This document shows positions 35,461-50,200 of a DNA stretch of 64,000 bases, piece after piece. The translations under genes and the position numbers were made by a program. Location: contig NC_042998.1 in the NCBI RefSeq assembly GCF_006345805.1, positions 152,520,001 through 152,584,000 on the forward strand, given 5' to 3'. Position 1 is the stretch's first letter, and each line of letters starts with the position of its first letter. Below the pieces are notes generated by a model. The model ran no database searches. It was not told the origin of the DNA and saw nothing but the letters and a program-made list of their open reading frames with translations. This stretch comes from Octopus sinensis (lineage: Eukaryota).

Positions 35461-35689
35461 CACACCATTCTGACCTCTAAGACCAGTTCTGACTAGCCCA
35501 GAAACAAAAAAATCCTTTTAATTCCACATTGCTCTTCCCCACCACCCCAACCAACCTCCCACATTGTCCCTTAAAATAGCAAACAATCCCTAGCTACACC
35601 AAGACAAAAAATGCCAGAAAGACCGGTTGGTTCCTCTCGAATTCTTTGTAAACTCTTAAATATATCTCCTGTGTGTGTGTATGTATATA

Positions 35690-35724
<35 letters not shown>

Positions 35725-35728
35725 TATA

Positions 35729-35899
35729 GGCGCAGGAGTGGCTGTGTGGTAAGTAGCTTGCTAACCAACCACTTGGTTCCGGGTTCAGTCCCACTGCGTG
35801 GCATCTTGGGCAAGTGTCTTCTGCTATAGCCCCGGGCCGACCAATGCCTTGTGAGTGGATTTGGTAGACGGAAACTGAAAGAAGCCTGTCGTATATATG

Positions 35900-35932
<33 letters not shown>

Positions 35933-36150
35933 TTGTGTGTCTGTGTTTGTCCCCCTAGCATTGCCTGACAACCGATGCTGGTGTGTTTACGTCCCCGTCA
36001 CTTAGCGGTTCGGCAAAAGAGACCGATAGAATAAGTACTGGGCTTACAAAGAATAAGTTCCGGGGTCGATTTGCTCAACTAAAGGCGGTGCTCCAGCATG
36101 GCCGCAGTCAAATGACTGAAACAAGTAAAAGAGTAAAAGAGTAAAAGAGT
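35729..36150 (+). mobile_element. Full-length young tRNA-derived SINE with CR1-type tail
   Basis: A box tggctgtgtgg, B box ggttcagtcc (35782-35791), core ccttgggcaagtgtcttc, internal (TA)(TG) tract, 3' ggcggtgctccagcatggccgcagtcaaatgactgaaacaagtaaaaga(gtaaaaga)2. Confidence 0.95.
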
Positions 36151-36451
36151 ACCAAACAAACATGATTTTTATTGAACTCTTAATACCTTTTGTTGAATAT
36201 TTTCTTAAATACTCTCTTGAAAAGTGTTTTTAAGATTTTCTTATTATTATCAAAGAATGTATATATGTATTTTAATACTTTTGTGACAATCAGTACTTAA
36301 CACAACAAAGCTTATACAAAGCTTTACATTTTACTTTTGACAATCTTTTTCTAAAGAAGTGAAACTGGTCAAATGAATAAACATCTTTAAAATTGCATTT
36401 TCAAACCTTCTTTCATATATATTTCCACTCATGCAGTACCCGTGCACTTTG

Positions 36452-36497
<46 letters not shown>

Positions 36498-37328
36498 CAA
36501 GATTCCAAGTAGATTTTATCTCAATAATAATGATGTGCACACATATTCTATCTATTTTCTGTCTATCTATCTCCCTCTCTTGTTCTTCTTCCTTTCTGTT
36601 TTTCTCTCCCACCCTGTCCCTATTCTTCTCTCCCCATTCACCGTTCTCTCTCTCTCTCTTTCTCAATTTTCTTCCTTGGCTCTCTTACTGCTTACACGTA
36701 ACTAACAGCTTCGTTCCTAAAGATAAGACATGCTTTTATCTGTCTCTTCTCAAACCTCATTTTTCCAGTGTTCGGCACTTCACATCATCTTGGCTTAACA
36801 TCCCTCACTGTTTGTTTTTACTATTTTGTTCTCACTGTCCTATTTTTGGGACCACTTTCACCCGCCACAAAAAATCCCAAATTTTATTTAATTTGCTTTG
36901 AGGGAAGGGCTGTTTTAATGAAGTCATGTTTTGTCCCTACCTTCGAAACACAAAGTAGATAAAACAGGGGACAATTGATGAAAGAAATGTTCTTTATGTT
37001 GCATGTCTCGTTTCTCTGTTTTTGCGTTGTTCGAAAAAAGTTTGTTTTGTACGTTCTTGTTTCTCATTCTGTCTCGTTTATTTGATGTCCTGTACCCATA
37101 TATGCACGTATATATACATATATATGTAGGTATGTACATATATATATGTATATATGCATATAGTTATATTATTATATGATCGAATGCCACACATCCTTTT
37201 CCAAGTAAGTTTTATCTTAATAAGTGCGATGCGCACACTTATTCTATCTCTTTTCTGTCTATCTCCCTCTCTTGTTCTTCCTTTCTGTTTTTTGATGTTC
37301 TGTACACATGTGTGCATGTATATATATA

Positions 37329-37370
<42 letters not shown>

Positions 37371-37429
37371 GGTATGTACATATATGTATGTATATATGCA
37401 TATATTTATATACTTATATATAGATGTAT

Positions 37430-37860
37430 ATATGTGTATATATATGTGTGTGTGTATATATATATATAAATATTCCCATATTTGTCTGAGTGTTGGGTCT
37501 TGTGTGTGCTTGGATAAGATGCAGATGTCAAGTTGACCAAAGTTGCCTCCATGTTGATCTTTGTCATGTTGGTAGAGTATGGAGGACTGTTTTTTGCCAT
37601 CATATTGTCTCAGATGTTGATGTCTTTAGAAGCACCTTCTATGCATCTTATGCTGTAAACTACATTTTCAATTCTACAGTTAATGCCAGGGCCAATCCTA
37701 CATACCATGCAGTTATCATTGGTGCATATGGTATTCTCAAAGGGGTAAGTCCTAATAGTTGTGATCTGATGGAGTTCCCTGGCTTTTCAACAACCTTAAT
37801 GTTGCGTTTGGTCTCCTTCGGAGCTTTCCTAAATCTACGGGCTGTAAAACTAGAAATGTA
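37430..37860 (-). mobile_element. Second PLE GIY-YIG endonuclease fragment (different subfamily), decayed
   Basis: My manual minus translation across frameshifts gives [19 protein letters not shown], then CTNDNCMVCRIGPGINCRIENVVYSIRC, then [23 protein letters not shown]...[16 protein letters not shown]. The YxG/R..EH core appears deleted. Confidence 0.7.
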
Positions 37861-37989
37861 TGTGTGTGTATATATGTGTGTATGTATATGTGTATGTATA
37901 TATGTATGCATATATGTATGTATGTATATATATGTATATATATGTATGTATATATATATGTACATATGTATATATATGTATGTATATAT

Positions 37990-39316
37990 ATGATTGATTG
38001 ATTGATTGATTCTAGTTTCAGCTTATGAGCTGTGGCCATGCTGGGGCACGGCCATTTGGTGTTGCTACTTGGTTTCACTTCACAAAAGCTTTCTAGCAAC
38101 TGCCATTTGGTGCATGAGAGAGTTCGATGCAGCTGCCCTCATCTGCCCCTCCTGCCGTGAAGTTGGTTCATCTGGGACACCTGACAGGAAGGGATCCAGC
38201 TTCATTTTAAAGACATCTGCATCCACCCCATGCAGGTCTCTCAGGTTCTTCGGGAGGATATTGAAGAGCTGTGGGCCTCGGAAGCCCAGGCTATCACAGA
38301 ATCTTGTCCTACATCTTGATGGCAAGTTTGGAGTCCTAGGCACCACGCAGTGGCGCCCAGTTCTGGCATTTGCGTAACTTTCGATGCCAAAGTTCAGGAC
38401 ACGTCCCTCCAGGATCTTCCAGATGTATATTATGGCATATCTTTCCCGCCTACGCTCCAGGGAATATAATTTTAATCTCTTGAGTCTTTCCCAGTAGCTT
38501 ACATTCTGCATAGAGGCTATCTTCTTTGTGTAGCTACGTTGGATCGCCTCGAGCTCTGTGATCAACTTGACACTGGATGGTGACCATAACTGAGAGCAGT
38601 AGTCAAAGTGGCTTAGGACAAGTGTCCTCCAGAGGTCCATCATGGTTTCTTGTTCTCTTGTTCTAAAGGTTCTGAGGATCCATCCGGCCAGTCGTCTACA
38701 TTTCATTGCCAATTTAGCAACATGTACACGAAAGGTCGCGTCATCACTCATGTAAATACCTAGGTCACGCACCGATTGTGCCTCTGGGATTGCTATTCCT
38801 CCGGGTCCAGTGTATTCATTGGGTATTGCATTTAGTTTTGCATGCTGATAGTATAGAGCTTGAAACTTTTCAGCATTGAACTGCATGCTATTCTTTTCAG
38901 CCCACTTGTATATTTTGTCTAGCTCACATTGCAGGTGTTTAGTGTCCTCAGGGTTCTGTATTGCCTGTGAAACTTTTGTATCATCTGCATAACTTGTGAT
39001 CGTGGCTCTCTGCGTGGCTGAGGGCATGTCTGAGAGGGCCATTATGAACAGTAGTGGTCCCAGAACAGTGCCCTGCGGAACACCTCTCACTATTTGCGTG
39101 TTAATGGAAGTGGTCCCATTGGCCACTACCACCTGACTTCTATCTTTCAGAAAGTCATGAAGCCATTCTCCCAGTTTTCCAACTATGTTGAGATCACGCA
39201 GTTTGTGACATATCATTCCATGATCGACTTTATCAAAGGCCTTTGCAAAGTCGAGATATATCACTTCCACATTTGAGTGGTTGAACAGCCGTTTCAGCAC
39301 CCAGTTTCAGCACCCA
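37990..39316 (-). mobile_element. Young 5'-truncated CR1-group LINE, one uninterrupted 406-aa frame
   Basis: ORF 38080..39300 contains [37 protein letters not shown] and SLERRR. 3' tail gctgaaactagaatc(aatc)n. Confidence 0.97.
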
Positions 39317-39384
39317 ACCTTAATGTTGCGTTTGGTCTCCTTCAGAGCTTTCCTAAATCTACGGGCTGTAAAACTAGAAATGTA

Positions 39385-39546
39385 TGTGTGTGTATATATG
39401 TGTGTATGTATATGTGTATGTATATATGTGTGTGTATGTATATGTGTATGTATATATGTGTATGTATATGTGTATGTATATATGTGTGGTATATATATAT
39501 GTATATATATATATGTATATATGTATGTATGTATATATATATATTG

Positions 39547-39577
<31 letters not shown>

Positions 39578-39581
39578 GTAT

Positions 39582-39628
<47 letters not shown>

Positions 39629-39629
39629 G

Positions 39630-39661
<32 letters not shown>

Positions 39662-39867
39662 ATATATATATGTATATATATATATGTATATATTATATGT
39701 ATATATATATTATATATATGTATATATATATATGTATATATATATATGTATATATATATGTTGTATATATATATGTATTATATATATATGTATATGTATA
39801 TATAATATGTATATATATATGTATATGTATATATATATAGTAATATATATATGTATACATATATATG

Positions 39868-39900
<33 letters not shown>

Positions 39901-40210
39901 GTATATAATATATGTATATATATATCTGTATATATATATATGTATATATATATATGTATCTATATATATGTATATAATATATGTATATATATATATATGT
40001 ATATATATATATTGTATATATATATATTATATATGTATATATATATGTGTATATATATGTGTATATATATGTGTATATATATATGTGTATAATATATGTG
40101 TATATAATATGTGTATATATATATTGTGTATATATATATTATGTATATATATATTATATGTGTATGTATAAATATATATGTGTATATATATATGTGTATA
40201 TATATATATA
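39385..40210. repeat. TA-rich microsatellite array
   Basis: (TA)n interrupted by TG, about 0.8 kb. Confidence 0.97.
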
Positions 40211-42790
40211 GAAAGTCAAATGGCCAGATGGCCATCTCCTCCCTGGAATGACATCACTTGAACAGAGACAGACAGAGTCCTTGTTGGCTCTCACACGCAA
40301 GTTTTTCATGGAGCAAGCAGTGCTTTGGCCAACAAGAGGTGAGAATGTTTTGGACCTCTGTTTCACAAGCAACCCGATGCTCATCCTCAACATAATGGTA
40401 ACACCAACAATTCTCTCAGATCACAACTTAGTAGAGGTAATGATATATGGTATGAGAGAGTTAGTTGAGACGCAGCCATTAGAAAATACCACAGGCCTAT
40501 CCAGTCTAAACTTCCATAAGGCAAACTGGAAGAAGATCAACGAAGAGATCCGAAAACATGACTGGAGTGACTTCATCACCACACAAGACACCAACACACA
40601 TTTCCAACATTTCATGACAACAATACAGAACATATGCCATAAGTTTGTCCGGAGAAAAAAGCCAGCGGGCATAGGAACGTTATTCCCAGAGACAGGAAAA
40701 TACTTATGAGGCGAAGAGCTAAGCTCTCGAAGCCACTGAATGCACGGCAGAGAAACAATGAGGGACTCCACCTGAAACTTTTTGAAACGGAAACTGCACT
40801 CAAACTTTCCTATGAGAAGGAGAGGGCAGAGAGAGAAGCCAGGGCCATAGAGAATATTAAAACAAACCCTAAAGCCTTCTTTAAATTTGCGAAAGAAACC
40901 ACCTCGGTACACTGCAAGATTGGCCCACTCTTTGATAAAAAGGGCTCTCTAACTGAGGACCCCCAAGGGATAAGTGAAATACTAAAGGAACAGTATAAAA
41001 GTGTGTTCACATCCCCTCTGGGGCACATGCAAATCACAAACCCAGAAGTTTTCTTTGATGCCACAACACTCCAAAACCAAACAACAACCATCGACCACAT
41101 AGACATAACAGAGAGGGATGTAATATCTGCCATAGAAGAAATGAGATAAACTCAGCTGCTGGACCAGATGGATTCCCAGCAGTCCTCCTAAAAACATGCA
41201 GGCATGCCCTAGCGGGACCACTGAAGAAGCTCTTCAGTGGTTCCTTGGCTAACGGTAAACTGCCCAGGGCGCTAAAAGAAGGCACCATATGCCCTATCCA
41301 CAAAGGAGGGAGTAGAGCAGAGGCCAAAAACTACAGGCCAGTCTCCCTGATGTCACACATAAGTAAGGTCATGGAACGAATCATCAGAAAAAAAACTGAT
41401 CACGTTCCTCGAAGAAACTAACCGTCTCACTGACACACAGCATGGCTTTCGCCCAGGAAGAAGCTGCCTTACGCAGCTGTTACAACACTACGACTGGGTA
41501 CTGAAACAACTACTGGATCGCTCACAGGTAGATGTGGTATATCTCGACTTGCGAAGGCCTTTGACAAAGTCGACCACGGAGTGATATGTCACAAATTACT
41601 CAGACTCGGCAAAACAGGAAAAGTAGGTGAGTGGATACATGACTTCCTGAAGGACAGAAGCCAGATGGTTGCAGCCAATGGAGCCCTCTCGGGAAAGACA
41701 CCAATAGCAAGCGGGGTGCCACAGGGCACAGTCTTGGGACCCTTGCTGTTTTTGGTGGCGCTCTCTGACATGCCCTTGGTAGCACAAACAACATCCCTCA
41801 CTAGCTATGCTGATGACACAAAGGTAGCACAGGCAATCAAAACCCAGCTGATGCTGACCTTTTACAACAAGATCTGGATGCCATATACAAATGGGCTGAA
41901 GACAACAACATGCAATTTAATGCTGGTAAATTTCAAGCCTTACAATATCAAGCTGTAAACACATATACATTACAACACAACTATACTGGTCCAGGAGGGA
42001 TCGAAATCCCAGTATCGAAATCAATACGGGACCTGGGGATAGACATGAGTGACGATGCATCTTTTTCTTCACACATCGCGAAGGTGGCGACAATGTGCAG
42101 ACGACTCACTGGCTGGATCCTGAGGACATTCCGGACAAGAGACTGCGAGACCATGTTGACACTATGGAGGACATTTGTCCTAAGCCGCCTGGACTACTGC
42201 TCCCAACTGTGGTCACCGCATAGTGTCAAACTAACCACAGAGCTTGAGACAATCCAAAGACATTTCACCAAGAGGATTTCCACCATGAAAGAAAAGAACT
42301 ATTGGGAGAGGCTTAGGGAACTCAATTTGTACTCCTTGGAACGAAGACGAGAGAGATATGCAGTGATATACATATGGAAAATCCTGGAGGGACTAGCACC
42401 AAATTTTGGAATTGAGAGCTGTTCCAATCCCCGTACAGGACGTCACTGTGTGGTGCCAAAGGTCCCGTCTACCACATCCAGGGTAAGGAGCAGATACTGT
42501 AATAGCCTGGGGTTCAGGGGCCCTCAGCTGTTCAACAAACTGCCAAGAAAACTAAGAGATCTACATGATGCGGATGTGGACATTTTCAAAAAACATCTAG
42601 ACAAGCTGCTTTCCAGGATCCCAGATGAACCCACTGCAAGGTACGAAGGTAACCTAAGGGCAGCAGCTACAAACTCTCTCTTAGATCAGTGGCCAGCCAC
42701 GGCAAACTGGACTTAGAGAGGGTAGCAACAAGGGCGGTGCCCCAGCATGGCCTCAGCCGGATGGCTGAAACAAGTAAAAGAGTAAAAGAG
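40211..42790 (+). mobile_element. CR1-group LINE (second subfamily), APE C-terminus through RT, several frameshifts
   Basis: PTRGENVLDLCFT...SDHNLV, AAGPDGFP...KNYRPVSL, GVPQGTVLGPLLF...SYADDTK and [10 protein letters not shown]. Tail gctgaaacaagtaaaagagtaaaagag. Confidence 0.95.
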
Positions 42791-43607
42791 TATATATGTG
42801 TATATATATATGTATATATATATATGTATATATATGTATATATATGTGTATATATATATATATGTTTATATGTATATATATATATGTGTATATATATATA
42901 TGTATGTATATATGTGTATATATATATGTATATATATATATGTATATATATATGTGTGTATATATATATGTATAAAAATATGTATATATGTGTGTGTATA
43001 TATATATGTATATATGTGTGTATATATATATGTATATATATGTATATATATGTGTGTATATATATATATGTATATATATGTATATATATATGTGTATATA
43101 TATATGTATATATATATATGTGTATATATATGTGTATATATATATGTATATATATGTATATAATATATGTATATATATATATGTGTATATATATGTATAT
43201 ATATATGTATATATATATGTATATATATATGTATATATATATGTATATATATATTGTATATATATATATATATATTATATATGTGTATATATATGTATAT
43301 ATATATGTGTATATATATGTATATATATATGTGTATATATATATGTGTATATATATGTGTATATATATATGTATATATATGTGTATATATATGTATATAT
43401 GTGTATATATATATGTATATATATGTGTATATATATATGTATATATATGTGTATATATATATGTATATATATGTGTATATATATATGTATATATATATAT
43501 GTATATATGTATATATATTATGTATATATATGTATTATATATATGTATATATATATGTATATATATATGTATATATGTATATATATATGTATATATATGT
43601 ATATATG

Positions 43608-43638
<31 letters not shown>

Positions 43639-44048
43639 GTATATATTATATATGTATAATATATATATGTATCTATATATATATGTATATATTATATATG
43701 TATATATATATATATGTGTATATATATATGTATTATATATATGTGTATATATATGTATATATATTGTGTATATATATATTATATGTATATATTATGTATA
43801 TATATATGTGTATATATATATACGTATATATATATGTGTATATATATATGTATATATATATATGTATATATATGTATATATATATGTGTATATATATATG
43901 TATATATATATGTGTATATATATGTATATATATATGTGTATATATATGTATATATATATGTATATATATATGTATTTATACATATGTATATATATGTATA
44001 TATATATATATGTATATATATATGTATTTATACATATGTATATATATG

Positions 44049-44079
<31 letters not shown>

Positions 44080-44560
44080 GTGTATATATATATGTATATA
44101 TATATATGTATATATACATATGTGTATATATATACATGTATGTATATATATATGTATGTATATATATATATGTATGTATATATATATATGTATGTATATA
44201 TATATATATGTATGTATATATATATATATGTATGTATATATATATATGTATATATTATATATGTATGTATACATATATATATGTATGTATACATATATAT
44301 ATGTATATCTATATGTATACATATATATATGTATGTATAATATATGTATGTATACATATATATATGTATGTATAATATATATATGTATATATATATATAT
44401 GTATGTATACATATATATGTATATATATATATATGTATACATATATATATGTATTATATATATGTATACATATATATATGTATATATATATATGTATGTA
44501 TACATATATATATGTATATATATATATGTATACATATATATATGTATATATATATGTATG

Positions 44561-44599
<39 letters not shown>

Positions 44600-44602
44600 G
44601 TA
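42791..44602. repeat. TA-rich microsatellite array
   Basis: About 1.8 kb of (TA)nTG and TACA units. Confidence 0.97.
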
Positions 44603-45460
44603 TGCGCTACTGGCACACAAAGGTAAATGACGTGAAGACTGGATACACTGGCCCAGGAAGAATTGCAATCCCTGAGTCAAAATCAGTGCGTGACCTGGGC
44701 ATTGACATGAGCAATGATGCATCTTTCCAAATGCATATTGCTAATCTGGTGATAAAATGCAGACGGCTAGCTGGATGGATTCTCCGAACTTTCAGAACAA
44801 GAGAGAAGGAGACACTGATGGTCCTATGGAAAACATTTGTCCTCAGCCGCTTGGACTACTGCTCCCAACTTTGGTCACCACACAATATAAAACAAACAGC
44901 AGAACTCGAAGCAACTCAGAGAAGCTACACAAAGAAAATCGTCTCAATGCAAAATGTCAGCTACTGGGAAAGACTGAAGGTATTAACCTCTTCTCCCTGG
45001 AGCGGAGGCGGGAGAGATATGCAGTAATATACATCTGGAAAATCCTGGAGGGTCTTATCCCAAACTTTGGCATTCAAAGTTACTCCAACCGCAGAACGGG
45101 GCGCCGCTGCGTGGTGCCAAGGATTCCAACATCACCATCAAAATACAGGTCCAGATACTGCAACAGCTTGGGTTTCAGAGGACCACAGCTTTTCAACATC
45201 CTCCCTAAATGCCTGAGAGACTTACATGGTGTGGATGTGGGTTTCTTTAAAACTAAACTGGATCTCTTCTTGTTGGAAGTCCCAGATGAACCTACCTCAC
45301 GACAGGAGACGCGGATGCGGGCAGCAGCATCGAACTCCCTTGTTGATCAAGTGCCACGTATCAGAGGTGGATTCACAAACTAGTGTGGCTCATTCAGCGG
45401 TGGTGCCCCAGCATGGCCGCGGCCTTCGGGCTAAAACATTTTTAAGGATTTAAGGATTTA
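44603..45460 (+). mobile_element. CR1-group LINE 3' fragment (third tail type)
   Basis: [19 protein letters not shown]...[20 protein letters not shown]...GFRGPQLFN. Tail ctaaaacatttttaaggatttaaggattt. Confidence 0.95.
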
Positions 45461-45915
45461 TATGTATGTATACATATATATATGTATATATATATATATG
45501 TATACATATATATATGTATATATATATATATGTATGTATACATATATATATGTATATATATATATGTATGTATATATATATGTATGTATATATATATATG
45601 TATGTATATATATATGTATGTATATATATATGTATGTATATATATATATGTATGTATTCATATATATATGTATATATATATATATGTATGTATACATATA
45701 TATATGTATGTATATATATATATGTATATATATATATATGTATGTATGTATATATATATGTATGTATACATATATATATGTATACATATATATATGTATA
45801 TATATATATGTATGTATACATATATATATATGTATGTATACATATATATATATGTATGTATACATATATATATGTATGTATACATATATATATATATGTA
45901 TATATATATATGTAA

Positions 45916-45950
<35 letters not shown>

Positions 45951-47245
45951 CATATATATATGTATGTATACATATATATATGTATGTATACATATATATA
46001 TGTATGTATACATATATATATGTATGTATACATATATATATGTATGTATACATATATGTATGTATACATATATATATGTATGTATACATATATGTATGTA
46101 TACATATATATATGTATGTATACATATATATATGTATACATATATATATGTATGTATACATATATATATATGTATACATATATATATGTATGTATGCATA
46201 TATATATGTATATATATATATGTATGTATGCATATATAAATGTATATATATATGTATTTATGCATATATATATGTATATATATATATGTATGTATGCATA
46301 TATAAATGTATATATATATGTATTTATACATATATATGTATATATATGTGTATGTATATATATGTATATATATATGTGTATTTATACATATACATATGTA
46401 TATATATATGTATGTATGCATATATAAATGTATATATATATGTATTTATACATATATATGTATATATATGTGTATGTATATATATGTATATATATATGTG
46501 TATTTATACATATACATATGTATATATATATATATATGTATGTATACATATATATATGTATATATATATATGTATTTATACATATATATATGTATATATA
46601 TATATATGTATTTATACATATATATATGTATATATATATATGTATTTATACATATATATATGTATATATATATATGTATTTATACATATATATATGTATA
46701 TATATATGTATTTATACGTATATATATATATGTATTTATACGTATATATATGTATATATATATATGTATGTATACGTATATATACGTATATATATGTATA
46801 TATATATGTATGTATACATATATATATATATGTATATATATATATATGTATGTATACATATATATATGTATATATATATATGTATGTATACATATATATA
46901 TGTATATATATATATATGTATGTATACATATATATATGTATATATATGTATGTATATATATGTGTGTATATATATATATATATATGTATGTATATATGTA
47001 TGTATATATATATGTGTATGTATATATGTATGTATATATATATGTGTATATATATATGTATGTATATATATATGTGTATATATATATGTATGTATATATA
47101 TATGTGTATATATATATGTATGTATATATATATGTGTATATATATATGTATGTATATATATATGTGTATATATATATGTATGTATATATATATGTATGTA
47201 TATATATATGTATGTATATATATATGTATGTATATATATATGTAT

Positions 47246-47286
<41 letters not shown>

Positions 47287-47289
47287 TGT
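45461..47289. repeat. TA-rich microsatellite array with higher-order sub-periods
   Basis: About 1.8 kb, with blocks of tatgtatgtatacatatata, tgtatttatacata and a ~28-nt tatatatatgtgtatatatatatgtatg unit near 47000-47190. Confidence 0.97.
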
Positions 47290-50200
47290 ACCACAAACCG
47301 CCAACGTGTTGTTGAAAGGGCAGCTGCTGAACAAGAATCTTTTTTGTGCATGGCACAAAAGATTGTACAGCAGCTATCCTGGCTCCATCAAACCCAAGCT
47401 CGCAGATGGGACTACCCACAGTTCACAAGACCACCACAGCAAATAGACCCAAGGTGGACACCACCGGCAACAGCATACACCTCACCTCGATGCTCCTACT
47501 GAACATCAGAGGACTACTAACACACAGTAACAGGACAAAAGTCCCGTTCTTGAGAGAAGCCTTATGCATAGCACCTACGGAAACACATTTGAAACCGGAC
47601 ATAGCGGATGCGGAAGTACACATACCACAGTATGTTGTACTACGGACCGACAGGAAAGAAAGGAGTCATGGAGGAGTTGCTATGTACATCCGTGAGTACC
47701 TCACACCCCAGGTCCTTTTGTCATACTCAAACTCGGTGTGTGACACACTAATTGTACATGTAAGGCAACTTGGTGTAGTTGTGTGTGCTACATATCGCCC
47801 TACAGATGCCCCGAGCTATATGGGCAAGTTTGAAGACTGCCTTATAAAAATAGAAGAAGTTCTAGTCACACTAGAACAGCACATAAGTGTTCTTCTCATG
47901 GGAGACTTCAACCTGCCCAATGTCAGATGACCCGAGGGCCTTTCTCTCCCAGGAATGACACGATGTGAACGGGGACAGGCGAAGTCCCTCCTGAACCTCA
48001 TCAACACCCTGTACATGGAGCAAGTAATACTCCAACCAACCAGGGCAGGTAACACACTGGATCTCTGCTTCACAAATAATATGGATCTCATCCATAATGT
48101 GAAAGTGACGCCGACACTACTCTCGGATCACAACATGGTAGAGCTGACCATGTACGGGCCAAAGGAAACAATGGACATGCAGCCTACAAGAAACTCTCAG
48201 AATCTTTCCAGCTTGAACTTCAATAAGGCAAACTGGAAACAAATTGAGAAAGAGATCCTCAAACAAAACTGGCCTGAATGTCTCTCCTCGCCGGACATCG
48301 ACATGAAACTTCAACAATTCATGAAAATTCTAATGAGATGGCGCACAAAAATCTCAAATCGCCTAAACAAACAAATTGAAAGCAGTGAAAAGTCCCGCCT
48401 GAAAATGAAACTGTTGGAAATTGAAAATTGTCTGCAACTCTCCCATGAAAAGGAAAGAGCAGACATAGAAGCCTGGGCTATAGACAACATAAAATCTAAC
48501 CCAGAGCTTTCTACAGGTATGCCAAAGAAACAGCTACGGTGCACTGTAGGATAGGGCCACTCCTTGAAAGGGATGGCACACTCACAGGAAATCCAATGAG
48601 GGTAAGTGAAATACTAAATGAGCAATTCAAGAGTGTTTTCCCCCCACCCCTTGGGCATTTCCAAATCAGCAATCCAACTGACTTCTTCACCACTGCAGAT
48701 ATGGGGTCAGAGGCGGGGATGATTGATTACATCAATATAAAGGAAGACGATGTAATAAAGGCTATAGATGAGATGGAAACAAACTCAGCTACTGGCCCCG
48801 ATGGATTCCCAGCAATCCTTCTAAAAGTATGTAAGAGGGTCCTAGCAAGGCCACTGCTGTCTCTCTTTCAGAGCTTCCTTGCAACTGGCAAACTTCCAAG
48901 TAAACTGAAGGAAGGTAAAATATGCCCTATTCATAAAGGAGGTAGCAGAGCGGAGGCCAAGAACTACAGACCTATCTCCCTAATCTCACACATCAGCAAG
49001 GTCATGGAACGAATAGTCAGAAGGAAACTAATCACCTTCCTTGAAGAAAATGACTTGCTGCCTGACACCCAACATGGTTTCCGACCAGGAAGAAGCTGCT
49101 TAACTCAGCTCCTGCAGCACTATGACTGGGTGCTGAAACAACTGCTCAACCACTCAAATGTGGAAGTCATATATCTCGACTTCGCAAAGGCCTTCGATAA
49201 AGTCGATCATGGAATGATATGTCGCAAACTGCGTGATCTTGGCATAGTTGGAAAACTAGGAGAATGGTGGTAACATCCAATGGGGCCACTTGCATTAACA
49301 CGCAAATAGTGAGCGGTGTTCCGCAGGGCACTGTTTTGGGACCACTACTGTTCATAATGGCCCTCTCAGACATGCCCTCAGCCACGCAGAGAGCCACGAT
49401 CACAAGTTATGCAGATGATACAAAAGTCTCACAGGCAATACAGAACCCTGAAGACACTAAGCACCTGCAATGTGAGCTGGACGAAATATACAAGTGGGCT
49501 GAAATGAATAGCATGCAGTTCAATGCTGAAAAGTTTCAAGCTTTATACTATCAGCATGCAAAACTGAATGCAATACCCAATGAATACACTGGACCCGGAG
49601 GGATTGCAATCCCAGAGGCACAATCAGTGCGTGACTTGGGTATTCACATGAGTGATGACGTGACCTTTCATGTACATGTTGCTAAACTGGCAATGAAATG
49701 TAGACGGCTGGCTGGATGGATTCTTAGAACCTTTAGAACAAGAGAACATGAAACCATGATGGTCCTCTGGAAGACACTTGTCCTAAGCCACTTTGACTAT
49801 TGCTCTCAGCTATGGTCACCATCCAGTGTCAAGATGATCACAGAACTTGAGGCGATCCAACGAAGCTACACGAAGAAGATAGCCTCTGTGCAGCATATGA
49901 GCTACTGGGAAAGACTCAAGAGATTAAAGCTCTATTCCCTGGAGCGTAGGCGAGAAAGATATGCCATAATATATATCTGGAAGATCCTGGAAGGACTTGT
50001 CCCAAACTTTGGCATCGAGAGTCACACAAATGCCAGAACCGGGCACTACTGCGTAGTACCAAGGACTCCAAATTTGCCATCAAGACGTAGGACAAGATAT
50101 TGTGATAGCCTGGGCTTCAGAAGCCCACAGCTCTTCAATATCCTCCCAAAGAACCTGAGGGACCTGCATGGTGTAGATGCGGATGTCTTTAAAGTAGGAC

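Noticed and set aside
34184-35473. His/Thr-rich and Cys/Val-rich ORFs
   Set aside because: Translations of the CA tract and its complement.
35729-35800. tRNA gene
   Set aside because: A and B boxes are present, but there is no cloverleaf and it continues into a SINE body and LINE-type tail. It is a SINE head.
39277-47502. Very long ORFs (up to 654 aa) of Y/I/M/C/V or Y/I/H/T
   Set aside because: They are translations of (TA)n/(TG)n arrays, which lack stop codons by composition. Not genes.
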